Below are positions 1 to 11,990 of a stretch of DNA of 32,962 bases, piece after piece. Position 1 is the stretch's first letter. Every line of letters begins with the position of its first letter. Below the pieces are notes generated by a model that worked only from the letters and a program-made list of their open reading frames with translations, made no database searches and was not told where the DNA came from. This DNA comes from Octopus bimaculoides (lineage: Eukaryota): the NCBI RefSeq assembly GCF_001194135.2, contig NC_069001.1, forward strand, positions 4,124,641 to 4,157,602. Direction: 5' to 3'. Position numbers and translations under genes: made by a program.

Positions 1-1540
1 TCTTTTATTTTCATTATTTTTAGCGAACAGTCGGGTGATTTCAATAAAAAGCACACACAAATGTAATTATACACACACACCTATCTATCGATCTAACTAA
101 ATATACACACACATACTTATGCCACATTATATACTTCTAAATTTTATTATTTCACTTACGCTGAGCGACACGCACACACGCAGGACTATTTCATTGAGCT
201 CTTTGCTAAACTACTATGCGAAGAAATATTCTTACATCTACGCAATATTAATTCTTGCACGCACACACACAGACACAAGCATATAGACACGTTTTTATTT
301 CTGTGACTTATCATAAACAATTAAGATTTGAAATATATATTTATATTTATGGAGGGATATCCAAGTTGTACTCATACATAATCATATTTTTCCCTCTTAA
401 TTTTAAGCTAATTTTATATATAGTTTCTTTTTTTCGGGAACGGAATTTCTGCCTGTGGTTCTTGTTAAATGGTAAATTTCTTCCACTCAGAACTGCAAAT
501 ATAGTCATTGAGCTAATTCATGTCTGTGGTTATTGTTTTATATAGATCAACATCTTCACTTACACTATACTTGATAGAAATAAATATATTTCCGTGTCGA
601 CAACTAAAAGAATATTTGATATATTCAGCGCAATGCTAACGACCTTTTCTTGTGGATGTTTTTGTTGTTGTCTTTTTTTTTTTTACTAAATTGTCGTTCT
701 TTACTAAATTAAGTCTTGCCAATAGTGATTGTGTATGCACATATATTGTATGCGCGTATATGTTGTATATATTTCTATGTTTATGCACGTATATGTATAG
801 AGGTCTATGTGTGTGTATGTCTATATATACGTGTGTGTGCTCGCGCGCTCACACGAAGAAAGAACATCTAACAATTTAAGCTTTTATGAGAGACAAGAAA
901 ATTCGTCGAAATATTTAAATGAAGATATAATTTACTTGTCGGTTTATGATCACAAATTGAAAATGGAAAATTATCGTTAAGTGATCGGTTATCGATATTT
1001 TGGAAAGGATTTTTTTTCTCTCAGAAATGTAATCTTTGTTTAAAAAAAAAAAGCGTGGATCCCCCCAACCCAAGAAAGATATAAAAANNNNNNNNNNNNN
1101 NNNNNNNNNNNNNNNNNNNNNNNNNNNNNNNNNNNNNNNNNNNNNNNNNNNNNNNNNNNNNNNNNNNNNNNNNNNNNNNNNNNNNNNNNNNNNNNNNNNN
1201 NNNNNNNNNNNNNNNNNNNNNNNNNNNNNNNNNNNNNNNNNNNNNNNNNNNNNNNNNNNNNNNNNNNNNNNNNNNNNNNNNNNNNNNNNNNNNNNNNNNN
1301 NNNNNNNNNNNNNNNNNNNNNNNNNNNNNNNNNNNNNNNNNNNNNNNNNNNNNNNNNNNNNNNNNNNNNNNNNNNNNNNNNNNNNNNNNNNNNNNNNNNN
1401 NNNNNNNNNNNNNNNNNNNNNNNNNNNNNNNNNNNNNNNNNNNNNNNNNNNNNNNNNNNNNNNNNNNNNNNNNNNNNNNNNNNNNNNNNNNNNNNNNNNN
1501 NNNNNNNNNNNNNNNNNNNNNNNNNNNNNNNNNNNNNNNN

Positions 1541-2175
1541 NAAGGCAAAGTCGACCTCGGCGGAATTTGAACTCAGAAAGTAGCGGCTGATGAAATACAG
1601 CTAAGCATTTCGCCAGGCGTGCTAACCATTCTGCCAGCTCGCTGCCTAATAATAGTAATAATAATAATAATCATCCTTTCTACTAAAGGCACAATTAGGG
1701 TTAGGCCTAATTAGGCCTGAAATTTTGGGGAAGAGGTTATGTCGATTACTTTGATCCCAGTACTCAACTGGTACTTAATTTATCGACCCCGAAAGGATGA
1801 AAGGCAAAGTCGACCTCGGCGGAATTTGAACTCAGAACGTAAAGATAGATGAAATATCGCCAAGCATTTCGCCCGGCGTGCTAACGCTTCTGCCAACTCG
1901 CCGCCTTGTCGGCCCCGAAAGAATGAAAGGCGAAGTCGACCTCGGCGACATCTCAATAATAATAGTAATGATAATGATGTTTTCTAATGTTGGCACAAGG
2001 CCAGTAATTTTGAGGATGTGTTTAGTCGATTATATTGATTCCAGTGCTTAACTGGTTCTTTATTTTATCAATCTTGAAGGGACGGAAGACGAAGTCGACC
2101 CCGGCGAAGTTTGAACTCAAAACGTTAAGTCGGACGAAATGACATTAAGCATTTTATCAGACGCACTAACGATTG
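1541..2175 (-). mobile_element. Cluster of about 4 fragments of SINE family B (core AAGGCAAAGTCGACCTCGGCGGAATTTGAACTCAGAACG)
   Basis: The core recurs at about 1543, 1802, 1928 and 2090, and in other copies at 11160, 18890, 19940, 22410 and 29800. AAT-repeat tails. Confidence 0.85.
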
Positions 2176-2918
2176 CTAATAATAATGATAATATTAGAAA
2201 CAAAAAAAATTGAGGGTGTTGGAGAGGAAAGATTTGGAAAGCTGTCCCTTTTTTTTTTTTTTATTATTTTCTTCTCTCTCCGGAAAATCGTAATTTCCGT
2301 TTTTGAAGACATGAATCAAAAACAGAAAAATGAAGAAAAAAAAAGAATGGTAAGAGTTGCTCCTTCGACACTTTCGCTTGGGCATTACCAAAGAATGTCA
2401 ATATTCTCTACTTTGAATTTGTGGTCAAAACCCGAAAGAATGCCGAGTTGTTCAAATTTCTAGATTATACTAACAGAAGAGATATCTANNNNNNNNNNNN
2501 NNNNNNNNNNNNNNNNNNNNNNNNNNNNNNNNNNNNNNNNNNNNNNNNNNNNNNNNNNNNNNNNNNNNNNNNNNNNNNNNNNNNNNNNNNNNNNNNNNNN
2601 NNNNNNNNNNNNNNNNNNNNNNNNNNNNNNNNNNNNNNNNNNNNNNNNNNNNNNNNNNNNNNNNNNNNNNNNNNNNNNNNNNNNNNNNNNNNNNNNNNNN
2701 NNNNNNNNNNNNNNNNNNNNNNNNNNNNNNNNNNNNNNNNNNNNNNNNNNNNNNNNNNNNNNNNNNNNNNNNNNNNNNNNNNNNNNNNNNNNNNNNNNNN
2801 NNNNNNNNNNNNNNNNNNNNNNNNNNNNNNNNNNNNNNNNNNNNNNNNNNNNNNNNNNNNNNNNNNNNNNNNNNNNNNNNNNNNNNNNNNNNNNNNNNNN
2901 NNNNNNNNNNNNNNNNNN

Positions 2919-2949
<31 letters not shown>

Positions 2950-3726
2950 GTGTGTGTGAGTTCATTTTGTTCTGTCTTTGTAGTTTTGAATGTGTCTGTG
3001 TGTGTTATCTCAGATTTCCACAGCAGAGAAAAGCGATCAAGTTCTTAGGCGATCAATAACGATGTTAAGGAACAATCTATTTCATCTAAGATGTTGTTCA
3101 CACACAACACAACTCCACGCCGCCCTCCACAGCACCACATCATTCCCGTGCTGTATTTCATCACACTTCATAACGCTTATATACTACATTACATTGCATA
3201 AGGAGCCCGAATGTGGTCAGTAGAACTGTTAAAAATAGCTGCTAAATTCTAATCCAACCATCTTAAAACGAGAAGGGAAACACTGAACAGCGTACCCCAA
3301 GATGTGAAAAAATCTTAAGAAGCAGGGATGGTCGGCGAAAGTAAAGAATACGTACACCCAGGGTTTAGGGTTACGCCGAAAACGGGTGGTGTTCTTCACC
3401 GCCGGGATGGTCAAGTCTAGAATAACTCTGACCATAGTGGTCTCCTCAATACCTGCTAGAAATAGCAGGCAAATTTCCTGCATATCACACTCTACTGTTT
3501 TAAATAATACCCTTCAGATAGGTTGGTCACTATTGGAATGCTGTTGTAATAATAATAACAACAGTTTTATTGGATTAGACCAACAACACAATATATCAAC
3601 AGCGATGTTGATGATGTAGGGAGAAGCTGCTTGCTATTAAGAACCTAACATGATAGTAATACATCAACCCCACACACCTTCATTAAACTTATTCTTTACC
3701 ACCAGTTCTCCAAACTTTGTGGTAAA

Positions 3727-3796
<70 letters not shown>

Positions 3797-4105
3797 AGAG
3801 ACAGGAGAGAAAATGCTCAACCCATGTGATTCTTTGCTCAAAGCTGATAGTTCATTGTATATGCTACTCCTAATTTCTTGCTTGTATGTGGTCTCNNNNN
3901 NNNNNNNNNNNNNNNNNNNNNNNNNNNNNNNNNNNNNNNNNNNNNNNNNNNNNNNNNNNNNNNNNNNNNNNNNNNNNNNNNNNNNNNNNNNNNNNNNNNN
4001 NNNNNNNNNNNNNNNNNNNNNNNNNNNNNNNNNNNNNNNNNNNNNNNNNNNNNNNNNNNNNNNNNNNNNNNNNNNNNNNNNNATATATAATTGCTATTAT
4101 GTTAC

Positions 4106-4314
4106 TGTCGTATGTCCAAATTTGGCCAAATGCGTTTTTTTTTTAATATTTATTTTTGCTTGCAATAGCCGGTTCTTTTGGTCAAACTATCGTATCTCCA
4201 GTTGCTTCAGATGCCAAGATATCAAACATTGTCAGTGTAGTAGAATGGTTCTGCTATGGAATGGTGAAACTATTTTTTCGTTTTCTGAAAAAGCAACATT
4301 TTGGACTTACGACA
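4106..4314. mobile_element. Small MITE-like element with about 15-bp terminal inverted repeats
   Basis: Left TGTCGTATGTCCAAA (4106-4120); right TTTGGACTTACGACA (4300-4314), reverse complement TGTCGTAAGTCCAAA; one mismatch. Confidence 0.55.
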
Positions 4315-4506
4315 CTTTTGCATAACAGCAACGATTATTCTGTGTGTGTGTGTAGGTATACAGAAATACATGTACATAAATATTATTTCATTTCAAATGA
4401 TGCTGATAATGATATATATACACACACACACGTACATTCTGCATATGTTGTGGTATGTTGCCTTCTGTTTACAATGAATACACAATAATTATTAATGCTT
4501 TCACTT

Positions 4507-4558
4507 GCACATACACATATTTCTCTGTATATGCACATACACATATTTCTCTGTATAT
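4507..4558. repeat. 26-bp tandem duplication
   Basis: GCA(T/C)ATACACATATTTCTCTGTATAT twice, one mismatch. Confidence 0.9.
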
Positions 4559-4604
4559 GCTTATATCAGTTTGTGTTTACAACTATCACATGAAGTCAAG
4601 GCAC

Positions 4605-4795
4605 TGCTTGACAAACTGGCTTTGGTGTGTTTACATCCCCGAAACCTAGCGGTTCGGCAAAACAAAACCGATAGAATAAGTACCACCAGGCTTAAAATAA
4701 GTAAGTACTGGGGTCAATTCATTCGATTAAAAATTCTTCAAGGTGGTGCCCCAGCATGCCCACAGTCTAAAGACTGAAATGAATAAAAGATCAAC
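4605..4795 (+). mobile_element. 3' part of tRNA-type SINE family A
   Basis: TGGTGTGTTTACATCCCC...GATAGAATAAGTAC...GGTGCCCCAGCATG...GACTGAAA is shared with copies at 8500, 10972, 14585, 23810, 24490 and 30440. Confidence 0.8.
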
Positions 4796-5039
4796 ATAAG
4801 ACACCAACCTCCAAAGCCTATTGTTAATTTCTCCTCTGCCATTTAACCAATTGTGATATTCAGGTGTTGGGGTAGAACACTATCAAACCTACCTACCTTT
4901 ATGATCATTGATTGTAATTAATTGCTAATCACTGCTATAACCTACCTCCCACCACCAATATGTTGTATATTAATGCCATCGTTAAACCTGATGTCACTGT
5001 CTCGAGTTCTATGGCTCATAGGTTTTGTTGACCGGTTCC

Positions 5040-5235
5040 TATGGTATGGAAGTGACCAAGATTATAATGTCTTCCTTGCATAAGATACCTGTCTGCCATG
5101 CGGTGACTGTTTACAGCTGAGTAGACTGGAGCAATGTGAAATGAAGCGTTTTGCTCAAAAACACAGCACACCACCTGATTTGAGAATTGAAACCACAATC
5201 TTGTGATTGTGAGTACCATAACCTAACCACTAGGC
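5040..5235 (-). mobile_element. SINE family C fragment (tRNA-like head at right end)
   Basis: ACAGCTGAGT-GACTGGAGCAATGTGAAAT-AAG...TTGCTCAA-AACACA is shared with 12595-12925 and 16480-16770. Confidence 0.75.
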
Positions 5236-5393
5236 CACATAACTGTACACACACACACATGCACAATGATGACCCTCCTAATACTCTACATGCACATATT
5301 CATGTGTGCATACATGTGTAAATCCATACATGACTATCTGGTTCAGTGGCTCTCAACCATTTTTAACCTATGGACCTCACCCACTACACTTTT

Positions 5394-5640
5394 GGAGTGG
5401 TTGGCGTTAAGAAGGACATCCAGCTGTAGAAACCTTGCCAGATCAGATTGGAGCCCGGTGCAGCGTCCTGGCTTGCCAGTCCTGTCAACAGGGGCTGGCA
5501 AGCCAGATGACTGCATCAAGCTCCAGTGTTTACTTTGGCATGATTTCCATGGCTGGGTGACTTTCCTAATACCAACCACTTTACTGAGTGTACTGGATGC
5601 ATTTTATGTGGCACCAACACCAGTGGGGTCACCAAGTAGC
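5394..5640. mobile_element. Two inverted copies of an RTE-tail-type SINE/LINE 3' repeat
   Basis: GGAGTGGTTGGC-TTA-GAAGG-CATCCAGCTGTAGAAAC on + (5394-5484), immediately followed by a reverse-strand copy (5489-5640). Same family at 6640-6810 (-), 14820-14980, 15660-15800, 24900-25065 and 31340-31430 (+). Confidence 0.8.
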
Positions 5641-5683
5641 TTGCCAGACAAAGACCCTGCCTCTTGATATTAATGTTTCAAGT

Positions 5684-6048
5684 GTGATACTGCATGGTAG
5701 AATGAAACATGGATATTGAATGTGGGAAGATGTGAAAAGACTATAAAAAAAAAAAACATGGTGAGTAAGCATTGCTGTTGGTGTGATGTAAATGTACAAG
5801 AAGGACAGAGCAGAAATGAATTTAGAGAAAAACTGGAGGTGTACGAGAAATTGGATGTAATGTCTAAGAGAGAAGGCTGCATTGGTACAGGCATGTAATG
5901 AGGGTGACAGTTGGGTAAAAAAAAAATACCAGGTGATCCAAGTGGAAGAAACCTGTGAGAGAGGAAACCATTGGAAGGTATGTTGAAAGCTGATTTCACG
6001 GGGCTGAACTTCACAATGGAGGTGATGAAAAAGGACTGTCATAAGTAG
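5684..6048 (+). pseudogene. Degenerate RTE-clade LINE ORF2 fragment (region C-terminal to the RT)
   Basis: Across frameshifts and stops it reads VILHG..W, EKLEV, ERRLHWYRHVMR, VEETCERG, LKADFTGL. These match the RTE motifs LLYGSETW, RRLRWYGHVMR and GTRGRGRP. Confidence 0.8.
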
Positions 6049-6639
6049 CAAAACTATTTTTTCTTAAGGGAACATGTTCATTCCAATTGTAACCACTTTG
6101 TCATTTTGGGAATACATCTAAGAATAAATACCCAATATGATGTCCTTTCTTTATTTAAAACACTAGAGTAACTTGAGTATGATTAACTACTTTTTCTAGC
6201 AGGCTCATGTAGAGGCCTCACTGTATATGAATCTGCTTGTGTGTGATATGGTTATAGTTTGAATTGGAAATAGTTGATCTCGGGCAATATTCTCTCTAAC
6301 TTTTTTTTTTTACCCTGTATGTTTAGAAATTTGTTTTGTGTGTAAATCTTGTCTTCGTTTGTAAAATAAGTGTGCATCCACGCAGGTAGTACAAGTAAGA
6401 ATTGCTCAGATTTCTTCAATTAAAAAAGAAAAAGGGTTTCGTTTTTCAAGACCTTATGTGTAAACATTTTTTTTTCTTTCTTTCCTGTTGTGCATGAGTT
6501 ATAAAGCACATGTGCATGCACAATCACACAGCATGGAGGGAACACTGATTTCAGGTTAAACTTATTCCAGTTGGACATTGACCAAAGAGTGGGTTAATCT
6601 TGCTGTACTCTGAAGGAGTTTCATGATAAGTGTACATAT

Positions 6640-6812
6640 CATCATCATCATCATCATCATTTAACATCCATTTTCCATGCTGGTATGGGTTTGAGTATTT
6701 GACAAGATCCAATAAGTTGTTGAGGCAGAGCTTTGGAGATCTTCAATGACATTTTTTGCATGGTTTCTAGGGTTGGATGCCCTTCCTAATGCCAACAACA
6801 TTACAAAGTAAA
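6640..6812 (-). mobile_element. RTE-tail-type SINE copy with (ATC)n tail
   Basis: (CAT)n then TTAACATCCATTTTCCATGCTGG...GGATGCCCTTCCTAATGCCAAC, the reverse complement of the 24900-25065 copy. Confidence 0.8.
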
Positions 6813-8187
6813 CAGGGGTGCTCTTTTTGTTACAGAGGCACTAAAGAGATCACTAAGTGACTTGCTCGACAAGTACAATAAAGGAGGGAAAAGTCCCCCC
6901 CCCCACCCGACCAAAAGTGTGGAGGGGGTGTTTTTTGTGCCAGGTGTTGAAAGGTTAAAAAGTATAGAAGGGCAAGCACAGGCGTCTTGCTGTAGAGATA
7001 TACATGGCTACCTTGCATTATATAAGGGTAGGTAGGTAGGAGTAGTTAAAACAATTTTCTAAGGAAAGGAGGACAACAAAAGCACAAATAAAACAGAAAA
7101 ACGGTAAGATGACAATTCCTGACATAATGTCGATAATCTACAGGATCACCTCTTGGGAATAAAAAAATTAGAATTAAAAAAAAAAACTCAATAAAATCTG
7201 ATTTAAAAATCAATGGTGATTGACTGNNNNNNNNNNNNNNNNNNNNNNNNNNNNNNNNNNNNNNNNNNNNNNNNNNNNNNNNNNNNNNNNNNNNNNNNNN
7301 NNNNNNNNNNNNNNNNNNNNNNNNNNNNNNNNNNNNNNNNNNNNNNNNNNNNNNNNNNNNNNNNNNNNNNNNNNNNNNNNNNNNNNNNNNNNNNNNNNNN
7401 NNNNNNNNNNNNNNNNNNNNNNNNNNNNNNNNNNNNNNNNNNNNNNNNNNNNNNNNNNNNNNNNNNNNNNNNNNNNNNNNNNNNNNNNNNNNNNNNNNNN
7501 NNNNNNNNNNNNNNNNNNNNNNNNNNNNNNNNNNNNNNNNNNNNNNNNNNNNNNNNNNNNNNNNNNNNNNNNNNNNNNNNNNNNNNNNNNNNNNNNNNNN
7601 NNNNNNNNNNNNNNNNNNNNNNNNNNNNNNNNNNNNNNNNNNNNNNNNNNNNNNNNNNNNNNNNNNNNNNNNNNNNNNNNNNNNNNNNNNNNNNNNNNNN
7701 NNNNNNNNNNNNNNNNNNNNNNNNNNNNNNNNNNNNNNNNNNNNNNNNNNNNNNNNNNNNNNNNNNNNNNNNNNNNNNNNNNNNNNNNNNNNNNNNNNNN
7801 NNNNNNNNNNNNNNNNNNNNNNNNNNNNNNNNNNNNNNNNNNNNNNNNNNNNNNNNNNNNNNNNNNNNNNNNNNNNNNNNNNNNNNNNNNNNNNNNNNNN
7901 NNNNNNNNNNNNNNNNNNNNNNNNNNNNNNNNNNNNNNNNNNNNNNNNNNNNNNNNNNNNNNNNNNNNNNNNNNNNNNNNNNNNNNNNNNNNNNNNNNNN
8001 NNNNNNNNNNNNNNNNNNNNNNNNNNNNNNNNNNNNNNNNNNNNNNNNNNNNNNNNNNNNNNNNNNNNNNNNNNNNNNNNNNNNNNNNNNNNNNNNNNNN
8101 NNNNNNNNNNNNNNNNNNNNNNNNNNNNNNNNNNNNNNNNNNNNNNNNNNNNNNNNNNNNNNNNNNNNNNNNNNNNNNNNNNNNNNN

Positions 8188-8449
8188 TATATATATATAT
8201 GTATGTATATATATGTATATATATGTATATATATGTATATATATATATATATGTATGTATATATATGTATATATATGTATATATATGTATATATATATAT
8301 ATGTATGTATATATATGTATATATATGTATATATATATATGTATATATATATATGTATATATATATATATGTATGTATATATATGTATATATATATGTAT
8401 GTATATATATGTATATATATGTATATATATATGTATGTATGTATGTATG

Positions 8450-8488
<39 letters not shown>
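8188..8488. repeat. Long compound (AT)n/(ATGT)n/(GT)n microsatellite
   Basis: Visible directly; it produces the YIYICMYIY pseudo-ORFs and borders the largest gap. Confidence 0.97.
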
Positions 8489-8499
8489 CTTTATGTTAA

Positions 8500-8715
8500 A
8501 ATGTGTTTGTTACCCACTGCCACATGGCAACTGGTGTTGGTTTGTTTACATGCCTGTAACCTAGTAGTTCTGTAAAAGACACCAATAGAATAACTACTAG
8601 GCTTTAAAAAAGAAACAAATTTTGGGATCAATTCATTTTACTAAAAACGCTTCAAGGCAGTGCCCCAGCATGGCCACAGGTCAATCACTGAAACAAGTGA
8701 AAAGATAAAAGATTG
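8500..8715 (+). mobile_element. 3' part of SINE family A
   Basis: TGGTGTTGGTTTGTTTACATG...TAGAATAA-TACTAGGCTT...GTGCCCCAGCATGGCC...CTGAAACAAGT-AAAGATAAAAGA. Confidence 0.8.
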
Positions 8716-9051
8716 TCGTTTTATTCTCGTCTAATTCTTCAGCATTGCTCTATTGCAGCCATATGTTGTTTAGCTGCAATTCAGTCCTCATCTAACAGAT
8801 GTATGGTTAAAGGCGTTCCAGATGTGACCAGTTAGCCTTTTTCGTGTGTGTGGGTGGGTGAGTGGTATCTAAGCCGTCATTATCCAGTGTATCATTTATT
8901 CAACCTTTTTGTTGCCATGTTTCTGTTCAAATACCCTGTTTCAATTAATTTCGAAGCTAATGAAGAAACTAGTTGACTTTATCATTATTAAGCTGGGTGT
9001 TTGAAACGAATTAACATGAAATTTTGATGGAAATTCTTAATTTAGACCATT

Positions 9052-9235
9052 TTAACCCCTTTGTTACTGTATTTATTTTGAGATGCTCTGTGTTTCTTTC
9101 AATTAATTTTAGATATAATAAAGAATCTAGTAAAATAACTAAGTTATCATTCAGCTAGTGTTAGGAACATAAATTGTGACTAAGGTTTGGTGGAAGATTT
9201 TATGAAAACAAGACATTTGTACTACAGAACCAGAG
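9052..9235 (+). mobile_element. piggyBac-like MITE family D, partial copy
   Basis: Begins TTAA-CCC(C)TTTGTTAC; internal sequence nearly identical to 23231-23457. Confidence 0.75.
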
Positions 9236-9254
9236 GCGCTAAGTTGCAGGGGCG

Positions 9255-9500
9255 TAAATACACCAGCATCTGTTGTCAAGTGATGTTGGGGGGACAAACA
9301 CAGACACACAAGCATATACACACACATACATGTATATGACGGGCTTGTTTCAGTTTCCGTCTACCAAATCCACTCAAAAGCTTTTGGTCGGCCCAAGGCT
9401 ATAGTAGAAGACACTTGCCCAAGGTGACACGCAGTGGGACTGAACCCAGAACCATGTGGTTGGTAAGCAAGCTACTTACCACACAGCCACTCCTGTGCCT
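9255..9500 (-). mobile_element. 5' half of SINE family A
   Basis: Minus strand reads GGAGTGGCTGTGTGGTAAGTAGCTTGC...GGTTCAGTCCCACTGCGTG, with Pol III A-box- and B-box-like motifs. Confidence 0.88.
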
Positions 9501-9509
9501 ATCATGATT

Positions 9510-10105
9510 ATTGTGCTTAGGTCATAACTTATAATTAGCATTTGGATAGTAACTGTCATACTACAACTTAGTGTTTGGGCGGTAGCTATTGTATCACTAG
9601 TGTTTAGGTCATAGCTATTATATATCTGTGATGTTTAGGTTATAGTTACTAGTGTTTAGATCATAGCTGTTACTATCTAGTGTTTAGGCTAAAGCTGTTA
9701 TACATTTGTAGTGTTTAGGCCATAGATGTTATATATCTAGTGTTTAGGCTAAAGCTGTTATCTGTAGTGTTTAGATCATAACTTATATATCTAAAGTGTT
9801 TGGGCTATAGCCATTATATATCTGTAGTGTTTAAGCTATATCTATTGTCTAGTGTTTAGCTCATAATCATAGTAACTATTATTTAGGCCATAGCTATATC
9901 TGTAGTGTTTAGGCCATAGCTGTTTTATATCTGTAATGTTTAGGCTATAAGTGGTATATATCTAGTGTTTAGGCTATAGGTGGTATATATCTGTAGCATT
10001 TAGGTTAAATCTGTTATCTGTAGTGTTTAGGCCATAGCTGGTATATATATATATATATATAGCTAGTGTTTAGGTCATAGTTGATATAAGTGGTGTTTAA
10101 GTTGT
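9510..10105. repeat. Degenerate minisatellite, about 19-20 units of about 30 bp (TAGTGTTTAGGY(C/T)ATAGCTGTTATATATCTG)
   Basis: TAGTGTTTAGG-like anchors at about 9569, 9598, 9629, 9650, 9678, 9709, 9738, 9765, 9794, 9824, 9850, 9879, 9903, 9933, 9963, 9993, 10021, 10064 and 10090. Confidence 0.92.
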
Positions 10106-10971
10106 AGTTGTTGAGTGCTTGCCTCCAATATTGGAATTGTTTTGACTTTGTTGTTTTCATTTTGCCTTTGTTTATTTTTTGTTGTTTTTTTTTTTATTTC
10201 TATCAATTTATATCTCATTACACCTTGTGCACTCTCTGTATCGTTTCCATAGAGACCGGTTCTTCCTTCCCACCATCCGTTCCTACTATTCAGCTGCTAA
10301 ATTACCAAACTACTGTCTTGAATTTACTCGCAGGAGAACTTTGTAATGAAAGCTGGTTTATTTATGTTTTAAATCCCACTCACAAGTCTGGTGCTGCTGC
10401 TGCTGCTATATAATGCACTCAAAACTTCACTGACTGATGATGTTGATGATGGGGNNNNNNNNNNNNNNNNNNNNNNNNNNNNNNNNNNNNNNNNNNNNNN
10501 NNNNNNNNNNNNNNNNNNNNNNNNNNNNNNNNNNNNNNNNNNNNNNNNNNNNNNNNNNNNNNNNNNNNNNNNNNNNNNNNNNNNNNNNNNNNNNNNNNNN
10601 NNNNNNNNNNNNNNNNNNNNNNNNNNNNNNNNNNNNNNNNNNNNNNNNNNNNNNNNNNNNNNNNNNNNNNNNNNNNNNNNNNNNNNNNNNNNNNNNNNNN
10701 NNNNNNNNNNNNNNNNNNNNNNNNNNNNNNNNNNNNNNNNNNNNNNNNNNNNNNNNNNNNNNNNNNNNNNNNNNNNNNNNNNNNNNNNNNNNNNNNNNNN
10801 NNNNNNNNNNNNNNNNNNNNNNNNNNNNNNNNNNNNNNNNNNNNNNNNNNNNNNNNNNNNNNNNNNNNNNNNNNNNNNNNNNNNNNNNNNNNNNNNNNNN
10901 NNNNNNNNNNNNNNNNNNNNNNNNNNNNNNNNNNNNNNNNNNNNNNNNNNNNNNNNNNNNNNNNNNNNNNN

Positions 10972-11140
10972 CAGTCGACTGCGGCCATGCTGGGGCACCG
11001 CCTTGAAGAATTTTGTTCTAATCCCTTGTTTCAGTCATTAGACTGCAGCCATGCTGGGACACCGCCTTGAACAAATCAACCCTGGTGCTTATTTTATGTT
11101 TGAAGCCTTATTTTGTTGGTCTCTGTTGCTGAACTGCTAG
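10972..11140 (-). mobile_element. SINE family A 3' fragments (two adjacent GCCATGCTGGG-CACCGCCTTGAA segments)
   Basis: Reverse complement of the family A tail; motif at about 10984 and 11048. Confidence 0.75.
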
Positions 11141-11315
11141 GTTAGGATATTTCGTCTGTCTCCATGTTCTGAGCTCAAATTCCAGTGAGGTTGACTTTAT
11201 CCTTCATTCTTTCGGAGTTGATAAATTAAGTACCAATTGCGTACTGGGGTCGATCTAATCGACTGGCTCCCTCCCCAAAAATTTCGGGCCTTGTGCCTAG
11301 AGTAGAAAAGAATAT
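11140..11315 (+). mobile_element. SINE family B copy, CpG-decayed core
   Basis: GTTCTGAG-TCAAATTCC...GACTTT...GATAAATTAAGTACCA...CCTTGTGCCTAGAGTAGAAAAGAAT, homologous to 18830-19045. Confidence 0.85.
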
Positions 11316-11499
11316 AAGAATAGTGAATGTGTCGCTTTGAGGGAGATTTGACTGCTGTGAATATTATCTGTGATAGACAGGTAACTTATCCAATGAAGAG
11401 CTTTTTTTTCTCATGACAGCGTCTCTTTGATACCTCAGTCCATTCCAGTTGTCAATAGAAACCACCGGATCATATGAGAATGTTACCGGTGATAGACTG

Positions 11500-11790
11500 G
11501 TGTCACATCCAGGAGATTTATCTCGCATCACATTGTCTCTATGGTGCTATTCTATATTCTATATTACTTCAGTTCACCTTAGCTGTCAACAGGCACCAGT
11601 TGATGATCTGGGAGTGCTACTTCTGATAGACTTGCTTCATATCCATGAGGAGGTTTATCTCGCATCACACTGTCTTTATGATGCAGTGCTCTACTCTGCA
11701 TTACCTCAGTTCACTCTCACTGTCAATAGGTATCAGCATATGATCTGGCTTCATATCCATGAGGAAATTTGTCTCGCATCATAGTCTCAG
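11500..11790. repeat. Imperfect tandem repeat, about 2.3 units (periods 137 and 114 bp)
   Basis: TCTCGCATCA at 11521, 11658 and 11772; TTAC-TCAGTTCAC...CTGTCAA-AGG at about 11564 and 11701. Confidence 0.8.
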
Positions 11791-11804
11791 GTACATTAGT
11801 TCAC

Positions 11805-11990
11805 AAGCGCAGATGTGGCTGTGTGGTAAGAAGTTTGCTTCCCAATTACATGGTTCCGGGTTCAGTTCCACTGCATGGCACCTTGGGCAAATGTCTCCCA
11901 CTATGGCCTTGGGCTAACCCAAGCCTTGTGAGTGGATTTGGTTGACAGAAACTGAAAGAAGCCTGTTGTATATGCGTGTGTGAACCTAGA
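11805..11990 (+). mobile_element. 5' half of SINE family A
   Basis: TGTGGCTGTGTGGTAAGAAGTTTGCTTCCCAA...GGTTCAGTTCCACTGCATGGCACCTTGGGCAA...CTGAAAGAAGCC. Confidence 0.85.

Noticed and set aside
3359-3373. GGGTTTAGGGTTA telomere-like sequence
   Set aside because: Fewer than two full units; expected by chance.
2990-3483. ORFs 2990-3223 and 3229-3483, and an acceptor-like tctcag at about 3018
   Set aside because: No recognisable protein motif; partly repeat-derived; no convincing donor pairing.
8199-8564. [13 protein letters not shown]-type ORFs here and at 19484-19911, 26111-26459, 28119-28381 and 28789-29053
   Set aside because: Translations of (AT)n, (GT)n and (ATGT)n microsatellites.
9510-10105. 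CRISPR-like repeat-spacer appearance
   Set aside because: Eukaryotic context, no cas genes, degenerate repeats and mutually homologous spacers.
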